From the human T2T-CHM13v2.0 reference genome, Homo sapiens: DNA of 64,000 bases. This document shows, piece after piece, positions 59,701 through 64,000 of the stretch. Each line of letters opens with the position of its first letter. The stretch's first letter is position 1. Made by a program: the position numbers and the translations under genes. A model generated the notes under the pieces. That model made no database searches. It worked only from the letters and a program-made list of their open reading frames with translations, and was not told the DNA's origin. The DNA lies in the NCBI RefSeq assembly GCF_009914755.1, contig NC_060940.1; one strand, given 5' to 3'.

Positions 59701-62700
59701 TTGATGATTCCATTCTATTCTATTCGATGATGATTCCATTCGATTCCATTCGATGATGATTGGATTCGATTCCATTGGATGATTTCATTTGATTCCATTC
59801 GTTAATGATTTCGATCAATTCCATTCGATGATTCCATTCGATTCCATTCGATAATGATTACATCCGAGTCCATTCGATGATTCCCTTTGAGCCTGTTCGA
59901 TAATTCCATTTGAGTCCAACCAATGATTCCATTCATTTCCATTCAATGATTCCATTCGAGTCCATTTGATCATTCCGGTAGGGTCCATTCGATGTTGATT
60001 CCATTGGAGTGCATTCGATGATTCCATTCGAGTCCATTTTAGGATTTGATTCGAGTCCTTTCGACGATTCCATTCGATTCCACTCGATGATGATTTCATT
60101 CGAGTCCATTCGACACTTCCAATCGATTCCATTTGATGATTCCATTCGAGTCCAATTGATGATTCCATTCAATTCCATTCGATGATGATTCCGTACGATT
60201 CCATTCTGTGATGATTCCATGTGATTGCATTCAATGATGATTCCTTTCGATTGCATTCGATTATGATTCATTTCGTGTTCATTCTATGGTTCCACAGGTT
60301 TCCATTAGTGTCCATTCCATTATTCCATTCTATTCCATTTGATGATGATTCCATTCGATTCCATTCATTGGTGATTCCACTCAATTCCATTCAATGATTC
60401 CATTCCATTTCTTTCAACAATGATTCCATTAGTTTCTAATCGATGATCCACTTGATTCCATTTGACGACGATTCCATTCTTGTCCATTCGATGATTCCAT
60501 TTGATTCCATATGATGATGATTCCATTCGATTCCATACCATGATGATTCCATTCGAGTCCATTCAATGGTGATTCCATTCAATTCCATTCGATGATTCCT
60601 TTTGATTCCATTCGATGATGATGGCATTCGATTCCTTTCAATCATTCCCTTTGATTCCATTCAAAGGTGATTTCATTCAAGTCCATTCGATAATTGCATT
60701 CGATTCCATTCTATGATGATTCCATTCGAGTCCATTTGATGATTCCATTCAATTCAAGTCAATGATGATTCCATTCGATTCCATTCGATGATTCCATTGG
60801 ATTCCATTCGATGATGATTCCATTCAAATCCATTCGATAATTCAATTCAAGTCCATTCGATGATGATTCCAATCGAATCCATTCAAAGATTCCATTCAGT
60901 TCCATTCGATGATTCCCTTAGATTCCATTCGATGATTCCACTTGATTGCATTTACGATGATTCCATTCGATTCCATGTGATGATTCCATTCAATTCTATT
61001 CAATGATGTCTCCATTTGATTCCATTCGACCATGATTGCCTTTGATTCCATTCAATGATTCCATTCGGTTCCGTTTGATGATGATTCCGTTCGATTCCAT
61101 TTGATGATTCCATTTGATTCCATTGGATGAGTCCATTCGATTACATTCGATGATTATTCCATTCGAGTGCATTAGATGATTCCATTCGAGTCCATTCGAT
61201 GATTCCATTCGATTCCATTCGATGTTGATTCTGTTCAAATCCATTCGATGATTCCACTCGATTCCATTCGTTGACTCCATTTGATCCCATTCGATGATTT
61301 CCTTTGATTCCCTTTGATGATCATTCCATTTGATTCAATTCGGTGATTTCATTTGATTCCATTCAGTGATGTTTCCATTCGACTCCATTCGATGATGATT
61401 CCCTTCGACTCCATTCGATTATGATTTCATTCAATTCCATTCGATAATGATTCCCTTCGAGTCCATTCGATGATTCCATTCGATTCCATTCAACGATGAT
61501 TTGATTCGTGTCCATTCGATGATTCCATTTGATTCCACTTGATGATGATTCCATTCGAGTCCATTTGATGATTCCATTCAATTCCATACTCCGATGATTT
61601 CTTTTGAGCCCACTCAATGCTTCCACTCGATTCCATATGATGATGACTCCATTCGATGAAATTCGATGATGATTCCATTCGCTTGCTTTCGATGATGATT
61701 CCACTTGAGTCCGTTAGAAGATTCTATTCAATTACATTCCATGACGATTCCGTTCGAGTCCATTTGATGATTCCATTAGACTCCATTCGACGATGATTCC
61801 ATTCGATGTTATTCGATGATTCCATTCGATCTCATTCGATGATGATTCCATTCAACTCCATTCGATGTTTCCATTCGAGTTCATTCTATTATTCCATTAG
61901 ATTCCATTCGATGATGATTCCATTCGATTCCATTTGATGATTGCATTCTATTTCATTTGATGATGATTCCATTCGAGTCCACTCGATGATTCCATTCGAG
62001 TCCATTTAATGAATCCATTGGTTTCAATTCTATGATGATTACATTGGATTCCATTCGTTGATGATTTCATTCGGTTCCATTCAATGATGATTCCATTCAA
62101 TTCCTTTCAATGTTTCCATTCAATTCCATACGATGATGATTCCATTTGATTTGATTCGACAGTGAGCCATTCGATTCAATTCCATGATGATTCTATTTGA
62201 TTCAATTGGTTGACATTTCCATTCGATTCCATTCGATGATGATTCCCTTTGATTCCGTTCAAAGATGATTCCATTCTAGCCCATTCAATCATTCCATTCG
62301 ATTCTATTCAATGATGATTCCATTCATGTCGATTTGGTGATTCCATTTGACTTCATTTGATGATGATTCCTTTCAAGTTCATTAGATGATTCCATTCGAT
62401 TCCATTTGATGATGATCCCATTCGAGTCCATTCAGTGATTCCATTCGTTTCCATTCCATGATGATTCCATTCCTTTCCATTCAATGATTCCATTCGATTC
62501 CGTTTGATGATGATTTCATTCGAGTCCATTTGATGATTCCATTTGATTCCATTCGATGATGATTCCATTCGAGTCCATTCGATGATTCTATTCGAATCCA
62601 TTTGATGATTTCTTTTGATTATATTTGGTGATGATTCCATTGGAGTCCATTCAATGATTCCATTCTATTCCAATCGATGATGATTCCATTAGAGTCCATT

Positions 62701-62917
62701 TAATGATTCCATTTGATTCCAGTCTCTGATGATTACATTCGAGTCCATACGATGATTCCACTCAATTCCATATGATGATGATTCCATTTGATTCCATTCG
62801 GTGATTCCATTCTATTCTATTCAATGGTGATTCCATTCGAGTACATTAGATGATTCCATTCGATTCCATTCAATGATGATTCTATTTGTGTCCCTTAGAT
62901 GATTCCACATGATTCCA
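50798..62917 (+). repeat. Two HOR units of exactly 6060 bp (type A)
   Basis: Offsets are 6060. The 52-bp segment is absent at ~51853 and ~57913. Type-A markers occur at ~53043/59103 and ~54000/60060. Confidence 0.92.
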
Positions 62918-64000
62918 TTAGATGATGATACTATTTGAGCCCATCCAATGATTCCCTTCGATTCCATTCGATGAGGATTCCATTCGATTCAATTCATTGG
63001 TGATTCTATTCAATTCAATTCTTTGATTCCATTCCATTCCATTCGACAATGATTCCATTCGATTTCTTTCGATGATTCCACTCGATTCCACTTGACATTG
63101 ATTCCATTCGATTCCATTCAATGATTCCATTTGATTCCAGTGGATGATGATTGCCATCGATTCCATTCGATCACTCCATTCTATTCCATTTGATGATGAT
63201 TACATTCGATTCCATTTGATGATTCCATCTGATTCTATTCGAGGATTCCATTTGATTCCATTCGATGATGATTCCATTCGAGTCCATTCGATGATTTCAT
63301 TCCAGTACATCCAATGATTCCATTCGAGTCCATTAGATGATTCCATTTGATTCCATTTGAAAATGATTCTACTAGAGTCCATTCAAAGACTCCATTCGAG
63401 TCCATTCAACAATTCCATTCGACTCCATTCGATGATTCCATTCGATTCCATTTGATGGTTCCATTCGAGTCCATTTAATCATTACAGTCGAGTCCATTTG
63501 GTGATTCCACTGGATTTCTTTTGATAATGATACCATTCAATTACATTTGATGATGATCCCATTCAACTTCATTTGATGATGATTCCATTAGAGTCCATTC
63601 GATGATTTCATTCGAGTCCCTTCATTGATTCCATCCGATTTCATTGGATGATGACTCCATTCGAGTCCATTCGATGATTCCACTCGATTCCATTAGATGA
63701 CTCCATTGGAGTCCATTTGATTGTTCCATTCGATTCCATTCGATTCCTTTCGAAGATTATTCCATTTGAGTCCATTCGATGATGATTCCATTCCATTCCA
63801 TTCGATGATTCCGTTTGATTCCATTCGATGATTCCCTTCGATTCCTTTATTTGATGATTCCATTCCATTCCATTCAATGATTCCATTCGAATCTATTCCA
63901 TGATGATTCCTTTCGATTCCATTCGCTGATGTTTCCTTTCAATTCCATTCGATGATGATTCCATTCGATTCCATTCAATGATTGCATTCAATTCCATTCA
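62918..64000 (+). repeat. Start of next type-A HOR unit (truncated by window end)
   Basis: CAAAGACTCC is present at 63384, and the 52-bp segment is absent at ~63973. Confidence 0.88.

Larger units (their letters stand above)
1..64000 (+). repeat. Human Satellite II (HSat2/HSATII) pericentromeric tandem array, CATTC strand on +
   Basis: Continuous ATTCCATTCGATTCCATTCGATGATG / ATTCCATTCGAGTCCATTCGATG sub-units. CATTCGATTC is abundant, which is the HSat2 hallmark as opposed to the CATTCCATTC runs of HSat3. TCGA and GANTC sites are very dense, and there is no unique sequence anywhere. Confidence 0.98.
11976..64000 (+). repeat. Homogeneous ~6.1-kb higher-order repeat array, consistent with HSat2B (chr16q11.2-type)
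   Basis: The marker ORF 'MESMAIIIHW' recurs at 14058, 20195, 26255, 32462, 38574, 44686, 50798, 56858 and 62918. Rare words such as CCGGTAGGGTCC, GGTTCCACAGG and CTACTAGAG recur once per period. The subfamily and chromosome call rests on my recollection of a ~6.1-kb HSat2B period. Confidence 0.9.

Noticed and set aside
331-63886. The many 60-181 aa minus-strand ORFs as protein-coding genes
   Set aside because: They are low-complexity translations of the satellite in overlapping frames. They recur with the HOR period, gain or lose stops through single substitutions, and resemble no protein family I recognise.
1-64000. CRISPR-like array (23-26 bp repeats)
   Set aside because: The repeats are directly adjacent with no unique spacers, leader or cas genes.
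1-64000. HSat3 or alpha satellite assignment
   Set aside because: CATTCGATTC and GATGATG dominate, and pure CATTC runs are at most about three copies. I saw no 171-bp monomer or CENP-B box.
20195-64000. Strict 30.6-kb five-unit super-repeat
   Set aside because: After the second AA pair the sequence stays A-type (62353 region and 63973) instead of switching to B, so only a duplicated block is supported.

Overview
The whole 64 kb window is one uninterrupted, single-orientation array of human-type Satellite II (HSat2/HSATII). It is built from diverged CATTC pentamers arranged as 23-bp and 26-bp sub-units (consensus ATTCCATTCG-A[T/G]TCCATTCG-ATG[ATG]). No genes, RNA genes, transposons or CRISPR arrays are supported, and all listed ORFs are by-products of the GGAAT strand. 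From about 12 kb onward the array is a homogeneous ~6.1-kb higher-order repeat (HOR). Measured unit lengths are 6137, 6060, 6207, 6112, 6112, 6112, 6060 and 6060 bp. This period matches the ~6.1-kb repeat described for the HSat2B subfamily (mainly 16q11.2), although the locus assignment is inference. The first ~12 kb is a more diverged, rearranged zone containing partial units, a 2386-bp deletion and a ~1.8-kb segment that does not follow the HOR. The notable signals are structural: two interleaved HOR haplotype blocks, a 30.6-kb duplicated pair, indel sizes that are sums of 23/26-bp sub-units, and one DUX4 consensus site per complete HOR. I found no evidence of a new coding system. All comparisons were made by eye and from ORF-track offsets, not by computed alignment.
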